A stretch of DNA of 64,000 bases from an uncultured delta proteobacterium (GCA_963848135.1 CAWKCK010000018.1:12938-76937), one strand, 5' to 3'; counted from the first letter of the stretch, positions 1-10,987 are shown. Made by a program: numbers and translations. Notes: generated by a model from the sequence alone, not told the origin.

Positions 1-220
1 GTTGAGCATGCAGCAGGGACATTTGCCGACCGAAGAACTGTTGGACGCCGTGCTGATTTTCATTGCCGGTGTTGTCTTGCTCACGCCCGGTTTTATTACC
101 GATGCTGCGGGGCTGTTACTCCTGATTCCCGAGACCCGCTACCATGCCAAACGCTTCATCAGAAGACGTTTCGAGTTGTGGAAAGAGAGCCAAAACCTTT
201 CTCACGACCATTTTCAATGA
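1..220 (+). CDS. fxsA: FxsA family membrane protein, C-terminal part (5' end lies outside the window)
   Basis: The ORF is open to the left edge. The motif LTPGFITDAAGLLLLIPETR followed by a basic tail is typical of FxsA. Confidence 0.6.
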   Translation, partial: LSMQQGHLPTEELLDAVLIFIAGVVLLTPGFITDAAGLLLLIPETRYHAKRFIRRRFELWKESQNLSHDHFQ

Positions 221-330
221 TAAACGGCCGAAACGGATCTCTCTTTCCATTTCAGACAGGCTTTAACGCAGGCAACGCACGGTTTGTCCTCGAATAATTG
301 CCAATCATCCCCCAAAAGGAATGACATAAA

Positions 331-1134
331 ATGACAGAACAGCGTGTACCCGACTATGGCATCATCGATCAGCCGGAAATTCTGTCGGTCCTTTTTCATC
401 CCCGTCCCGATTATGGACACACGCCCACCGGCCCACCAGCCCATGAAGTCATGATACCGGTGGAAGAGTCTGTTGCCGTCGGGGCATGTTTCCATGCGGC
501 GAATCCGTCGGGGACGAACATTCTCTTCTTTCACGGTAATGGTGAGATCGTCGCGGATTATGCTGACCTGGGGCCGCTCTACAACAAGATGGGCATCAAT
601 TTTTTGGCCGTCGACTACCGCGGCTACGGACGATCGAAAGGCAGCCCCACGGTAACGGCCATGATGCAAGACTGCCACGTCATCCTGAATTGGACCAGGG
701 ACTGGTTGGAGAAAAATGGTTTCAAAGGCCCCCTGGCAGTGATGGGACGCTCGCTCGGCAGTGCCTCGGCCTTGGAACTGGCAAGCCGTCAAGTGTCCCA
801 AATAGACGGATTGATCATCGAAAGTGGATTCGCCTTTGCTGCGCCGCTCTTGCAGCTCTTGGGCATTTCACCGGCGGCAGTGGGATTCAAGGAAGAAACG
901 GGCTTTGGCAATATCGATAAAATCAAAACCATTGACAAGCCAACCCTTATCATTCACGCCGAATTCGACCACATCATCCCTTTCTCAGACGGAAAAGCCC
1001 TATACGATGCCAGCCCCTCCAAGAACAAAACCATCTTGACGATTCCCGGCGCGAACCACAACGATATATTTGCACGGGGTCTGTCCGAATACCTCGAGGC
1101 GGTTAAAATGTTAACACAAAAACTGATCGGCTGA
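331..1134 (+). CDS. alpha/beta hydrolase
   Basis: 267 aa with a nucleophile elbow GRSLGS. Downstream Asp (AEFDHIIP) and His (GANHND) are placed as in an alpha/beta-fold catalytic triad. Confidence 0.8.
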   Translation: MTEQRVPDYGIIDQPEILSVLFHPRPDYGHTPTGPPAHEVMIPVEESVAVGACFHAANPSGTNILFFHGNGEIVADYADLGPLYNKMGINFLAVDYRGYGRSKGSPTVTAMMQDCHVILNWTRDWLEKNGFKGPLAVMGRSLGSASALELASRQVSQIDGLIIESGFAFAAPLLQLLGISPAAVGFKEETGFGNIDKIKTIDKPTLIIHAEFDHIIPFSDGKALYDASPSKNKTILTIPGANHNDIFARGLSEYLEAVKMLTQKLIG

Positions 1135-1234
1135 CCGGTGGTAGGTGACGAGAACCGATTTAGCGGCGTTCCTTTCGACAGGAATAGTCACAAACCCTTT
1201 TGCCGAGAGTTGCAGCATCTTCACAGGTTGTCGG

Positions 1235-2185
1235 TCATGGCCGGCCAACGCCCGTAAACTTTCTGAAGGCTTGCCAGAACGTCACCCGAATGGCATCGTT
1301 TTCCATAAGGATCTCATGCCGCGACGTCGGAATGGTCACCAGACGGCAATCGGGCAATCGGGCGCAAGCCTCCATTTGGGCGCTGACTGATACAATCCTA
1401 TCTTCGCCGGCACAAACCATCAGTACCGGTGTTTTAATCTCTTCCAGATAACCGGGCGTTTTAAAATAATCTATCGAGTTCATCGTGGCCGCCAACCAGC
1501 CAAAGGTTACAGCGTCCACAGCCAATGCGGGATTGGCCTCCAACGCTCCTTTCTCTGCTTGAAACCTTTTCTTATCCGACGTCAAAGGATTGCCCTCAAA
1601 GTGCCAATCCCTTTCCGACCGCTTGCGGCTTCCCGGCACTACGGCATCTCGACGGCCGGATTTAACCGCCATCTGGATCAAAAGCTTGACCAGCCAACTC
1701 GGATAGGGAGCTGTGAAGATATCGATCATTGGCGCCGATAGAACGGCGCCGTCGATCCCTGTGCGGCGGCGATGTAAAAACCGTATGGCAAGGTGTGCGC
1801 CCATGGAATGAGCCAGAAAGTAAATTGGTCGCCGGGTGTTCGCAGGGATAACCGTATCGAAAAACACTTGCAAGTCGTGCAGGTACTCGTTGTAGTCCAG
1901 AATAAAACCCCTGGACCGGTCCGAAAGCATTCGCGTCGAAAGCCCCTGCCCGCGCCAATCGAAACTGTATACATCAAAACCCATCCGGTTAAGATCGCCC
2001 GCCGTTTCGTTATATTTTTCCAGGAATTCTTTGCGGCCACCCAGCAAGATAACGGTGCCGTTCGGACGGCTTTTGGTATTCAGCCAGTGGTGATACCGGA
2101 TGGAGATGCCCTCATCACTGGTGAAATACGCACAATCGGATAGCATATCGTTCCGATATCGCTCGGCGTCATCCATCGATCTCAT
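1235..2185 (-). CDS. alpha/beta hydrolase, lysophospholipase/monoacylglycerol-lipase-like
   Basis: 316 aa with FDWRGQGLS, nucleophile elbow AHSMGA, and late GEDRIV and SRHEI motifs. Convergent with the previous hydrolase. Confidence 0.75.
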   Translation of the reverse strand: MRSMDDAERYRNDMLSDCAYFTSDEGISIRYHHWLNTKSRPNGTVILLGGRKEFLEKYNETAGDLNRMGFDVYSFDWRGQGLSTRMLSDRSRGFILDYNEYLHDLQVFFDTVIPANTRRPIYFLAHSMGAHLAIRFLHRRRTGIDGAVLSAPMIDIFTAPYPSWLVKLLIQMAVKSGRRDAVVPGSRKRSERDWHFEGNPLTSDKKRFQAEKGALEANPALAVDAVTFGWLAATMNSIDYFKTPGYLEEIKTPVLMVCAGEDRIVSVSAQMEACARLPDCRLVTIPTSRHEILMENDAIRVTFWQAFRKFTGVGRP

Positions 2186-2454
2186 AGGGTGAGTTCCCTT
2201 GCAAAGCCGTGGAAATGCGGTACTGTATTCTCACGACTGTATATCCTACCGAAAGGCCTATCGCACAGCATGTTCACGACAACAACACGGCTTCATAAGG
2301 CGCATCTCGGCTTGACCCCAAGTGTTTATTTGAATAGAGTTTCCCCGAATGCTACAAGATAGTTAATGGCGGGCGTTTTTCTCTGATAACCCTAACTGGA
2401 TGGGATTGTTGCCGATCTAAAATCCCTACCCTCTTCCATGTAAGTATAAGGAGC

Positions 2455-2718
2455 ATGGGCGTTATGGCTGTTCACTCCCATAAATTCGTCGAAACTTATA
2501 AGGGACTTGTCGGATTCGGGCTCAACCGTGAAACAGATGAAAACACCGTCAAGTACTACCTGCAAAAATTCTCCGACGACCAGGTTCTCCAGAGCGTGAC
2601 CGAACGCCTGACCGATGAAGAGTTGGGAGAGCTTTTCGGTCTGATCTCGCGCCTGCTTCGGAATCACCTGGACGAGTCAGAGTATCACCGCCTGTTTCTG
2701 AAAGACGACCATCCCTGA
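2455..2718 (+). CDS. hypothetical small cytoplasmic protein
   Basis: 87 aa ORF with an ATG preceded by AAGGAG. Co-directional with the downstream aminopeptidase. No recognisable motif. Confidence 0.45.
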   Translation: MGVMAVHSHKFVETYKGLVGFGLNRETDENTVKYYLQKFSDDQVLQSVTERLTDEELGELFGLISRLLRNHLDESEYHRLFLKDDHP

Positions 2719-2782
2719 CCGATTATTATCTTAGTGAATGGCAGAAAACCGAGGATACCGTTTACAGACCGGAGGATAGTCC

Positions 2783-3982
2783 ATGTTGTCGCCAGAAGAG
2801 CTTGAAAACTATGCCGATGTCCTTTTGTGGGGTTTAAAAACCGCACGCAAGCAAAAATTTAAAAAGTATGATGTCGTGGCCCTTCGTTTTCACCAACCAG
2901 CAAAACCCTTGGCCAATATTCTTTTTGACAGGCTTCTCCAGTCGGGTTTGAATCCGGTGCAGCGGGTACTGGATACACCGGAAATGGAAAAAAGTTACTA
3001 TACCCATTCAAACGCCCGCCAGTTGACTTTTGTTCCTCCGGGCGAAGAGAATTTGTATCGCCACTTAAATGGCAGCATTATGCTGTATGCACCGGAATCG
3101 CTCACCCATTTGAGTGGTATCGATCCTAAAAAAATCGGTAAAGCTGCGGTGGCGAAAAAATTCTTGCGAGACACACTGGACGGCCGCGAAGAAAGCGGCG
3201 AATTCAGCTGGACCCTTTGTGTTTTTCCCACCATGGCCCTTGCCAGGCATGCAAGAATGTCTCTGAAATCCTACAGCCAGCAAATTGCCGCCGCATGTTT
3301 TTTGGATCAACCCGAACCGGTGAAAACCTGGCAGGACATTTTTCAAAAAGTCCATGCCATCAAAAAATGGCTAAACGGGCTTACGGTCGAAAAATTTCAT
3401 ATCGAATCCAATAACATCGACCTTTCGATCACTCCGGGACATAAAAGAAAATGGCTCGGAGTGTCCGGTCGCAACATTCCGAGTTTTGAAGTATTCATCT
3501 CCCCGGACTGGCGTGGGACCCGGGGCGTGTATTACGCTGATCAGCCCTCCTTTCGCAGTGGTAATCTTGTCTCCGGCGTGCGGTTGGAATTTGAAAAGGG
3601 TTCAGTTGTCCGTATTGAGGCGCGAAAAGGCGCCGCTTTCGTCCGCAGCCAGTTAAACATGGACACGGGGGCCCGCCGGCTGGGTGAATTTTCCCTGACC
3701 GATCGGCGTTTTTCGAACATCAACGCGTTTATGGCCAATACCCTGTACGACGAAAACTTCGGCGGTCAACACGGCAATTGTCATGTGGCGCTGGGCGCCT
3801 CGTATTCAGATGCGTATGCGGGCAAACCCGTCGATCTTGACGATTCCCGGAAAGACGCATTGGGCTTCAACCAGTCGGCACTCCATTGGGACCTGGTCAA
3901 CACCGAGAAGAAACGGGTCAGCGCCCATTTGAAGGGCGGGCGCAACATAACCATTTACGAAAATGGAAAATTTGTTTACTGA
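2783..3982 (+). CDS. aminopeptidase, M29 (AmpS/PepS) family
   Basis: 399 aa with M29-like layout and a C-terminal GNCHVALG...ALHWDLV block. Confidence 0.8.
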   Translation: MLSPEELENYADVLLWGLKTARKQKFKKYDVVALRFHQPAKPLANILFDRLLQSGLNPVQRVLDTPEMEKSYYTHSNARQLTFVPPGEENLYRHLNGSIMLYAPESLTHLSGIDPKKIGKAAVAKKFLRDTLDGREESGEFSWTLCVFPTMALARHARMSLKSYSQQIAAACFLDQPEPVKTWQDIFQKVHAIKKWLNGLTVEKFHIESNNIDLSITPGHKRKWLGVSGRNIPSFEVFISPDWRGTRGVYYADQPSFRSGNLVSGVRLEFEKGSVVRIEARKGAAFVRSQLNMDTGARRLGEFSLTDRRFSNINAFMANTLYDENFGGQHGNCHVALGASYSDAYAGKPVDLDDSRKDALGFNQSALHWDLVNTEKKRVSAHLKGGRNITIYENGKFVY

Positions 3983-4156
3983 TTCATCCCCAATTGCGCC
4001 TTCTGAATCCTCGGCAAACGACCTGAATTGAATTCACCCAGTCGGCCACTCAGGGGCTTCCACAGCATAAAGCGATGGCGGCCGATAATAGACGGTCTGC
4101 CGCTTCACCCCGAAGTGCGTTGGCTCGGGCTATGGCCGATAGGTATTGCGACCGGG

Positions 4157-4516
4157 CTAAAGGCTGATGACAGCACTTTCGCAAGCCATGGCTATCATCA
4201 TATCGCCGGTGGCCATGCTGGCGCCTTCGATCAAATCTTTCTCACTGATACCCCTGGAGATTGCGCACGGCGTGCATACGTGGATTGGCACGTCAAATTC
4301 TTGCAGGTACGACAAATGATCATCGGCTTTGTCACCGGTTGCCGCTTGTAAATTGTCGACAATCCCTTTCTTGGCAAGATACACGCCTTCGTCGAGTAAA
4401 AATACCGCCGTATCCTTTCCTGACTTCTTCGCGACCATGGCAAAGAAAAGGGCCCGAGTGGCCCGGTTGGGGTTGTCCGTACCACAGGATAGAACGATCA
4501 ATACTTTTTCCGTCAT
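4157..4516 (-). CDS. DsrE/DsrF-like sulfur-relay family protein
   Basis: 119 aa. The N-terminal KVLIVLSCGTDNPNRATRALFFA and a conserved Cys region (VCTPC) are typical of the DsrE/COG2044 fold. Confidence 0.7.
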   Translation of the reverse strand: MTEKVLIVLSCGTDNPNRATRALFFAMVAKKSGKDTAVFLLDEGVYLAKKGIVDNLQAATGDKADDHLSYLQEFDVPIHVCTPCAISRGISEKDLIEGASMATGDMMIAMACESAVISL

Positions 4517-4635
4517 TGTTGTAATCCTTTCGGTTTCGAAGGTTTCGATCAGCCAGGCTGATTTGTTATAGATGCCTTACCGTTCGGTGTGCCAGAAAAA
4601 ATATTTATTCAATGGTTCGCCCCGGCACCTCTGCG

Positions 4636-5499
4636 CTAATAGACAGTTTCCGCTGGTCGGCGCCAGTTCGTGTCGGCGCCGACATTAATAATATGGTCAA
4701 TGACCTGATCGACATTCATCCCCACCGTATCAATACCATGCGAGTCATCACCGGGAACCAGCGGGATGCCGAGCTTTGCAGCCTGTTCCAATATTGAACC
4801 GGCCGGGTAAGGCTCACTGCCGCCCTTGGTAAAAGCGCGTGCGTTAACATCCAGAATCAAGCTTAAATCCCGGATGAGTTCCAGATTACGACGCACTTTT
4901 TCTCGAACCACCGGCAGGTTGAGGTGGGAAACATAGTCTGGATCATATATTCGTATTAGATCGAAATGACCGACAACCGCAGGGATTATCTCGGTGATTA
5001 ACCGATACTGCGCATCAAAGTAACGGCAGTAAAGCGCTTCGATATCACCGACCGCAGATATGGCCCGAGCGTATTCTTCTGCGGAGTAGTCGAAACCGAT
5101 ACCCTCGATATGGTGTACGGATCCGACGACATAATCCGGCTCGAAACGGTGCATCAGATCCCTGAGGTACGGTATGGATCCAGCGTAATGCTCAGTTTCA
5201 AATCCGACGTATATCTGAAGAGCGCCGGCGTGTTTTCTCTGCAACCGACGGCAGGCGGCGATGTAGCGCTCAAACCTGCGGTAGAGGGATTGGGCATTGA
5301 GACCCGCTTTGATCTCCTCGGGGTAGAGAAACCGGTCATTGATGGGAGGGATATGTTCGGTGATGCCAACCCAATGAAATCCTTTATCAGCATAAGCGAC
5401 GATGATCTCATCCAGCGAATTGTTTGCGTGGCAGCAAAACTCACCGCTGTGTCCGCCGTGGATGGAAACCAGATTCGGAAATGCGATACGATCCGTCAA
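4636..5499 (-). CDS. histidinol-phosphatase, PHP (HisJ/HisK) family
   Basis: 287 aa with PHP-domain metal motifs: SIHGGHSGEFCCHA, GITEHIP, and late DDSHG. Confidence 0.8.
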   Translation of the reverse strand: MTDRIAFPNLVSIHGGHSGEFCCHANNSLDEIIVAYADKGFHWVGITEHIPPINDRFLYPEEIKAGLNAQSLYRRFERYIAACRRLQRKHAGALQIYVGFETEHYAGSIPYLRDLMHRFEPDYVVGSVHHIEGIGFDYSAEEYARAISAVGDIEALYCRYFDAQYRLITEIIPAVVGHFDLIRIYDPDYVSHLNLPVVREKVRRNLELIRDLSLILDVNARAFTKGGSEPYPAGSILEQAAKLGIPLVPGDDSHGIDTVGMNVDQVIDHIINVGADTNWRRPAETVY

Positions 5500-5547
5500 T
5501 TCACGTTAACCTCGGGTGGCAACTGATAGCGTCAAATCGACAATAAA

Positions 5548-6045
5548 CTAAATTTTATATTTTCCGAAATCATCGGGCGACAGATTTTCCAAATAATCGG
5601 CCCACTTTTTACCTTCCTCGCTCTCATCGAGAACCTCGACATCCTCTTTGTTCATCTTAGACTTTTCCATGACAACTTCATCAACGAAAATAGGTGCATC
5701 GAACCGCAGGGCCAGTGCAATCGCATCACTGGGGCGAGCGTCCATGTCAAAATGACTGTCTTTAGACTGGAAATAAATCCTGGCGTAAAAAGTGCTGTCT
5801 TTCAAATCGCACACTTCCACCTTAACGACGGTGATGTCGAGCATTTCCGAAAAATTCTTGAAGAGATCGTGGGTCATTGGTCGATCGAATTTAACGTCTT
5901 GAAGCGCCGATGCAATCGAGGTGGCTTCGAGCAGGCCGATCCAGATGGGAACCGCCTGGTCGCTCTCAACAGACTTCAATATGATAATCGGAGTGTTGGA
6001 TGTTGGGTCCATGGTCAGACCGGCTATGCTAACTTTATGCAGCAT
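5548..6045 (-). CDS. bifunctional nuclease family protein (DUF151)
   Basis: 165 aa with PIIILK...VPIWIGLLEATSIA...RPMTHDL, characteristic of DUF151. Overlaps the miaB stop by 11 nt, a commonly seen pairing. Confidence 0.75.
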   Translation of the reverse strand: MLHKVSIAGLTMDPTSNTPIIILKSVESDQAVPIWIGLLEATSIASALQDVKFDRPMTHDLFKNFSEMLDITVVKVEVCDLKDSTFYARIYFQSKDSHFDMDARPSDAIALALRFDAPIFVDEVVMEKSKMNKEDVEVLDESEEGKKWADYLENLSPDDFGKYKI

Positions 6046-7492
6046 AACTCTTTTCTCCTTTCACGGCAGCGGGTGTCTTTCCAACCGCCAGGGGAATTCC
6101 CCACAGAGAGTGGGCATGCGCTTTTTCAATCCGCACACGCACCAGTCTGCCGGCTAAGTTTTCTCTTGTTGAATTTGGAAGGTCTTCCGTCTCAAAGTTG
6201 ACAATCTTATTTGTCCCGGTTCGTCCCGTCCACTGGGGCGGCGCATTGGCCATTGATTCACCGCGACTGTCAGAGACTCGCCGGCGCTTTTTCCCCAGCC
6301 CTTCAACCAGGACCTTCTGCTCTGTCCCAATAAACGCTCTGTTTTTTTGAAGAGTCACCCGATCTTGCAATGCTAAAAGCGTCTGCAGACGCTGGTTTTT
6401 CTCCTCTTCGGGAATCTTTTCTTTAAAGCGGTTCGCCGGTGCTTCGGGTCGATCCGAATAGTTGAATGCAAACAGGCTATCGTATTCGACAGTCCTAATC
6501 AGATCGAGGGTTTGTTTAAAATCGTCACGCCTCTCTCCAGGAAAACCAACGATAAAGTCGGATGTAATCGCAATATCGGCGCAATATTGCCGTAATTCTA
6601 AAACTTTTTCCAAATAACTTTCTCGAGTGTATCGACGATTCATCCTCTCAAGGATGCGGTTCGAACCGGACTGGACCGGCAAATGGATGTGCCGACAGAG
6701 TTTCGGCATATCCCTGAAGGATCGACACAAGGCCGTGGACAGGTCTTTAGGATGCGATGTGGTAAACCGTATACGCATCAATCCATTGACATTGCTGATC
6801 CGCTCCAGTAGCTCGGGAAAACTGCAGAGCCCTTCCTTTTTCCCATAGCTGTTGACGTTCTGCCCCAAAAGGGTCACTTCACGCACACCCGTTTCAACAA
6901 GGCCTTCTATTTCCGCAATGATGTTTTCGGGCCTGCGGCTGGCTTCCCGTCCACGGACATAGGGAACCACACAATAAGTGCAAAAATTGTCGCACCCCTG
7001 CATGATCGTCACAAAACGGGTAACACTGCCAGAAGGCTCAATAATATTTCGGGGTCGCTCAACCGGATCGATACTCGTGGCCGTATCGACGTCGACGACC
7101 CTGCTGAAACCTTTTTCGGTTTTCGCTATCAGGTCGGGCAGTCGGGCAACCGCGTGCGTACCGAAAACGATATCGACATACGGTGCCCGCTCGAATATCC
7201 TTTCGCCTTGCTGCTGGGCAACGCAGCCACCGACACCGATAACCAATTCGGGTCGTCGCATTTTCATACGGTTCAACCGTCCTAGAAAGCTGTATACTTT
7301 CTGTTCGGCTTTTTCCCGAATCGCACAAGTATTGACGATGATGAGATTTGCTTCTTCTATGTCTAATGTTTTTTTATAATTCAGGTCTGCCATAGCACCG
7401 GCGATCCGTTCGGAGTCGTAGGCATTCATCTGGCACCCTATGGTCTGTATATATAATCTTTTCGGTTTCATATCCTGGATACCTGACGCCAT
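6035..7492 (-). CDS. miaB: tRNA-2-methylthio-N6-dimethylallyladenosine synthase
   Basis: UPF0004 N-domain (IQTIGCQMNAYDSE), radical-SAM CxxxCxxC (CDNFCTYC) and a C-terminal TRAM domain. The start is ambiguous: the ORF opens at 7558, and ATGs at 7492 and 7471 fit family N-termini better. Confidence 0.9.
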   Translation of the reverse strand: MASGIQDMKPKRLYIQTIGCQMNAYDSERIAGAMADLNYKKTLDIEEANLIIVNTCAIREKAEQKVYSFLGRLNRMKMRRPELVIGVGGCVAQQQGERIFERAPYVDIVFGTHAVARLPDLIAKTEKGFSRVVDVDTATSIDPVERPRNIIEPSGSVTRFVTIMQGCDNFCTYCVVPYVRGREASRRPENIIAEIEGLVETGVREVTLLGQNVNSYGKKEGLCSFPELLERISNVNGLMRIRFTTSHPKDLSTALCRSFRDMPKLCRHIHLPVQSGSNRILERMNRRYTRESYLEKVLELRQYCADIAITSDFIVGFPGERRDDFKQTLDLIRTVEYDSLFAFNYSDRPEAPANRFKEKIPEEEKNQRLQTLLALQDRVTLQKNRAFIGTEQKVLVEGLGKKRRRVSDSRGESMANAPPQWTGRTGTNKIVNFETEDLPNSTRENLAGRLVRVRIEKAHAHSLWGIPLAVGKTPAAVKGEKSYAA

Positions 7493-7769
7493 GATTCGAC
7501 AGATTCTCCCCAACCCCTTGTGTATCATCAGGAACTGTGGCCCACGGTTTAGCAACATATCTCAATGTTGATACGCCGCTCAAAATGAGAATCCCTGACG
7601 ATCGCTACTTCGAAATCGATCGCACCTCACCATGCGATTACACACTAACCTGATGAAAGCTGAAGGAGAATTGCTAACAGGAAAGACGACGGTGAGTCAA
7701 GGGATGTCTTCAGCCCCATTCACCCGTGCATCCATCAGCGCGGGACGGATCAGGCACACGATCACCAGG

Positions 7770-7991
7770 CTAAGCGGGGGGATCAGCGGGCTCAATCAAG
7801 ATGTCGTTTTTCAGGTCTGAAATGATTGCATCTATTTCCGCCTCACGCCCGGGAGGTATATGGAGAACCACCAAGCCTAAATCCGCATCGACCGTCGACA
7901 GCAGGCCCACGCCGTCATAGGCCTCAATGGTGAATTTCATTAGAGCGATCTTGCTCCGGTCCACCCGGTAGAATTGTTTCAGGCTTTTCAT
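7770..7991 (-). CDS. small DUF4911-like protein
   Basis: YRVDRSKIALMKFTIEAYDGVGLLSTVD resembles DUF4911. The ATG at 7991 is preceded by AGGGA. The family call comes from memory of the domain, not from a search. Confidence 0.5.
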   Translation of the reverse strand: MKSLKQFYRVDRSKIALMKFTIEAYDGVGLLSTVDADLGLVVLHIPPGREAEIDAIISDLKNDILIEPADPPA

Positions 7992-8181
7992 TGTGTGTCC
8001 CTGGCCGATCCTTGTAAATACCAAGTCAAGGCAAGACCCGTCGACTGCAGATTTGTTGAATTAGTATAACCACATCACCGCCTAATGCAACAGAAAAGTC
8101 TGCCATTGCAGACGCTGCCCAGAATACGTCCCCAGAAGGTCCTCACAGAAAATATTAAGGGTTGTTCTGACGACGATACTA

Positions 8182-9936
8182 ATGGTATATGCCGCCTCGA
8201 TGAAAAAACACTGGCGTATATGCCAACCAGACACCCGCCTCGTTCAGCACCTGTGCAATACGTTGCATTGTTCTCCTATCGTTGCCGCCATCCTGGTGAA
8301 TCGCGAGCTTGTCACGCCTAAAGACGCGCTGAAATACATGCACCCTCAGCTCGGGCAACTTCGTTCGCCAAACAACCTAAAAGACATGGAACCTGCCGTA
8401 GCACGCATCGCGCGGGCGATTACAACACAGGAAAAGATTCTCATTTTCGGGGATTACGATGTGGACGGCATCACATCGGCGGCAATACTGCACGATTTTT
8501 TACAGCAAAGCGGAGCAGATGTTTCCTATTACCTGCCCCATCGGATCAAGGAAGGTTACAGCCTCAAGCCCGAACATATCGATCGTATCGCCGTACCTGG
8601 CGGTGTATCCCTTATAATCACCGCCGATTGCGGCTCCAACAGTCATGCGGCTGTAAAGCGGGCAAATAGGGCCGGTATCGATGTCGTGGTCACCGATCAT
8701 CACCAGGTATCTGACCCCCTTCCTGCGGCTGCAGCAATGGTTAACCCCCAACGCCCGGATTGTCCGGCCGGATTCGAACACCTGGCCGGCGTCGGCGTCG
8801 CAATGGCGCTTCTGATCTGCCTGCGCAGACACCTGAGAGATAAAAATCACTGGAAAAGCGGCACACAACCAAACCTCAAAACCCTTTGTGACCTCGTGGC
8901 GCTTGGCACCATTGCTGACGCCGTCCCCCTGGTGAGTGAAAACCGAATTTTCGTCAAAGCCGGATTAGATGTTATTCGCACCGGAAGATCCAGGCCCGGA
9001 ATCACTGAAATCCTGACGGCCTGTCATACATCTCACCGCAATGTGGATGCCGAAGATGTCGCCTTCAGGATCGCCCCACGCCTGAATGCAGCCGGTCGAA
9101 TGGACCACGCCCATTTGGCCGCGGAGTTGCTACTGACGAACAACCCGCAGGCAGCCAAAAAAATCGTGGCATTACTGGACGAATTGAACGTCCAACGCAA
9201 AGAAACTGAGCGTGCCATTCTCGAGGAAATTCAACTGTATTTATCAGAGAACCCGGCAGAACTCTCGCGGCGGTCACTGGTTCTGGCCAATGATAACTGG
9301 CATGAAGGCGTTTTGGGAATTGTGGCGGCGCGCTTGGCAACCCGATACTACAAACCGGTGGTGCTGATATCGACCCGCAGTGGGATCGGGAAGGGATCCG
9401 GTCGCAGCATACCGCAATTCGACCTTCACAAGGGACTCACGCAAAGCTGTGCAGATCAACTTGAAAGTTTCGGTGGCCACAGTATGGCTGCCGGGTTGAA
9501 AATTAGACCGGAAAATATCGATAGATTTAAAAACGCTTTCGACCGAAGCGTTATCGATGTGACCGATGGTCTTGAGTTGTTAAATGAAGTCAGCATCGAT
9601 CGCGAACTAAGATTCCGCGAGATCACAGGGCCGCTCATCGATGAGATCGAAACCTTGAAGCCATTCGGCAATGGAAACGAGGAACCACTTTTCATGGCCT
9701 GCGGGGTGAAGGTTAAACAGATCCGGATTGTAGGCGCCCGACACCGCCGAATGCGCCTTGAGCAAGCGGATGATTCCACCGGCCGGGCTTTTTCAGCCAT
9801 TCAATTTAACATCGACCCTCAACGTGACGCTCCGGAACTATTCGGCCGGGTGGCCTTTCGATTGCAATGGAACAGATGGAACGGTAGGAAAGAAGCGCAA
9901 TTGCTCATAGAGGAAACTGACGAATCGGGGACCTAA
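8182..9936 (+). CDS. recJ: single-stranded-DNA-specific exonuclease RecJ
   Basis: 584 aa with DHH motifs (IFGDYDVDGITS, TDHH), a DHHA1 region (GGHSMAAG) and a C-terminal OB-like tail. An alternative ATG lies at 8200. Confidence 0.9.
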   Translation: MVYAASMKKHWRICQPDTRLVQHLCNTLHCSPIVAAILVNRELVTPKDALKYMHPQLGQLRSPNNLKDMEPAVARIARAITTQEKILIFGDYDVDGITSAAILHDFLQQSGADVSYYLPHRIKEGYSLKPEHIDRIAVPGGVSLIITADCGSNSHAAVKRANRAGIDVVVTDHHQVSDPLPAAAAMVNPQRPDCPAGFEHLAGVGVAMALLICLRRHLRDKNHWKSGTQPNLKTLCDLVALGTIADAVPLVSENRIFVKAGLDVIRTGRSRPGITEILTACHTSHRNVDAEDVAFRIAPRLNAAGRMDHAHLAAELLLTNNPQAAKKIVALLDELNVQRKETERAILEEIQLYLSENPAELSRRSLVLANDNWHEGVLGIVAARLATRYYKPVVLISTRSGIGKGSGRSIPQFDLHKGLTQSCADQLESFGGHSMAAGLKIRPENIDRFKNAFDRSVIDVTDGLELLNEVSIDRELRFREITGPLIDEIETLKPFGNGNEEPLFMACGVKVKQIRIVGARHRRMRLEQADDSTGRAFSAIQFNIDPQRDAPELFGRVAFRLQWNRWNGRKEAQLLIEETDESGT

Positions 9937-10150
9937 AGACACCGAAGACAATCCATCAAAACAATCACAGCCGCGTCCAAGGACCGAAGCAGGGTGATAA
10001 ACAAACGCCGTGTCCAACAAACCTAAATTTTTATATTTAGGAGGCGCGCAACATCCCTGGTTGGATGTCAGGCGGTTAGAAATCCAGCCGGCCTCTTTGG
10101 GTGTCAATCCGTAAGAACGTATCTTCTGTCAAAAGCCCCCACTTGAAAGG

Positions 10151-10987
10151 TCAGCACAAAGGCAGGTCTTCAAGTTGAATTTCGAACTGTGCCAGATCAA
10201 CCTCGGAAAAACCCAGTATTTTTGCCTCCGGCAGGGCTGAGAGACTCACACTTGGATCTGCCGTCACCCCGATACCCACCTTGCTACAGGCGTGATCCGC
10301 CAACCGCACAATCAGCAGCAGGAAGTCCTTTGGATCGAATTCCTCTTCATGGTGATCGCGCGCCACATTGCAATAACTGTCCGGAAGATTCCAATTTTTC
10401 AGCAGCGCGTATCCGTGTTGGCTGTGCATACTGCGCATGACCTCATCCAGCATGGCGTTGGACGGTTGCTGCCCGCCATTTCCATTCCGCCGAATGTCTT
10501 CGACGACAGCCAAAATAAAGAGTTTGCCGACATCGTGGAGCAACCCGGCAAAAAAGACCTCATGGGCCAATGACGGGAAACCGCCTTGTTTGGCCAACCA
10601 GTGCGCCCCGACACCACAGCCGACTGAATGTCGCCAGAGCTCGCGCATGATTCCGTTGATGTAAGGATCTTTGGATTGGAAGTTTTTCTCTTGCGTAACC
10701 AGAGTGACCATGTTCGAGACTTCATTGATACCAAGACGCAGAATCGCGTTGCGGACTGTCGACACTTTTACCAACCCTTGGTAGAATGATGAGTTGGCCA
10801 CGCGCAGCACTTGCCCCGCCATGGCCTGATCCCGGACGATAAGTTGTTCGATCAGATTAATATCTGGATCCTCTTTCATGATTTCCTGCCGGATCCGCTG
10901 GGCCGTAGCGTCAAATGGCGGCAGCTGTGTTTTTTTCGAATCCAGATGCTGTTGAACGATATCCAGAAAAGACATTGCAGTTGACAT
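10151..10987 (-). CDS. HDOD domain protein
   Basis: 278 aa. HDOD layout with GLLHDVGK and ARDHHEEEFDP. The start lies 3 nt after the stop of the upstream ATPase. Confidence 0.85.
   Translation of the reverse strand: MSTAMSFLDIVQQHLDSKKTQLPPFDATAQRIRQEIMKEDPDINLIEQLIVRDQAMAGQVLRVANSSFYQGLVKVSTVRNAILRLGINEVSNMVTLVTQEKNFQSKDPYINGIMRELWRHSVGCGVGAHWLAKQGGFPSLAHEVFFAGLLHDVGKLFILAVVEDIRRNGNGGQQPSNAMLDEVMRSMHSQHGYALLKNWNLPDSYCNVARDHHEEEFDPKDFLLLIVRLADHACSKVGIGVTADPSVSLSALPEAKILGFSEVDLAQFEIQLEDLPLC

Noticed and set aside
4286-4305. A sigma-54-like element, TGGCAC...TTGCA.
   Set aside because: The spacing between the two elements is 9 nt rather than the required 5 (GG-N10-GC). It also sits inside, and antisense to, the DsrE-like gene.
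6378-6393. A perfect 16-bp palindrome AGCGTCTGCAGACGCT followed by GGTTTTT, terminator-like on the plus strand.
   Set aside because: It lies inside the miaB coding sequence on the antisense strand, and the stem would have almost no loop. It is most simply a coding coincidence containing a PstI site.
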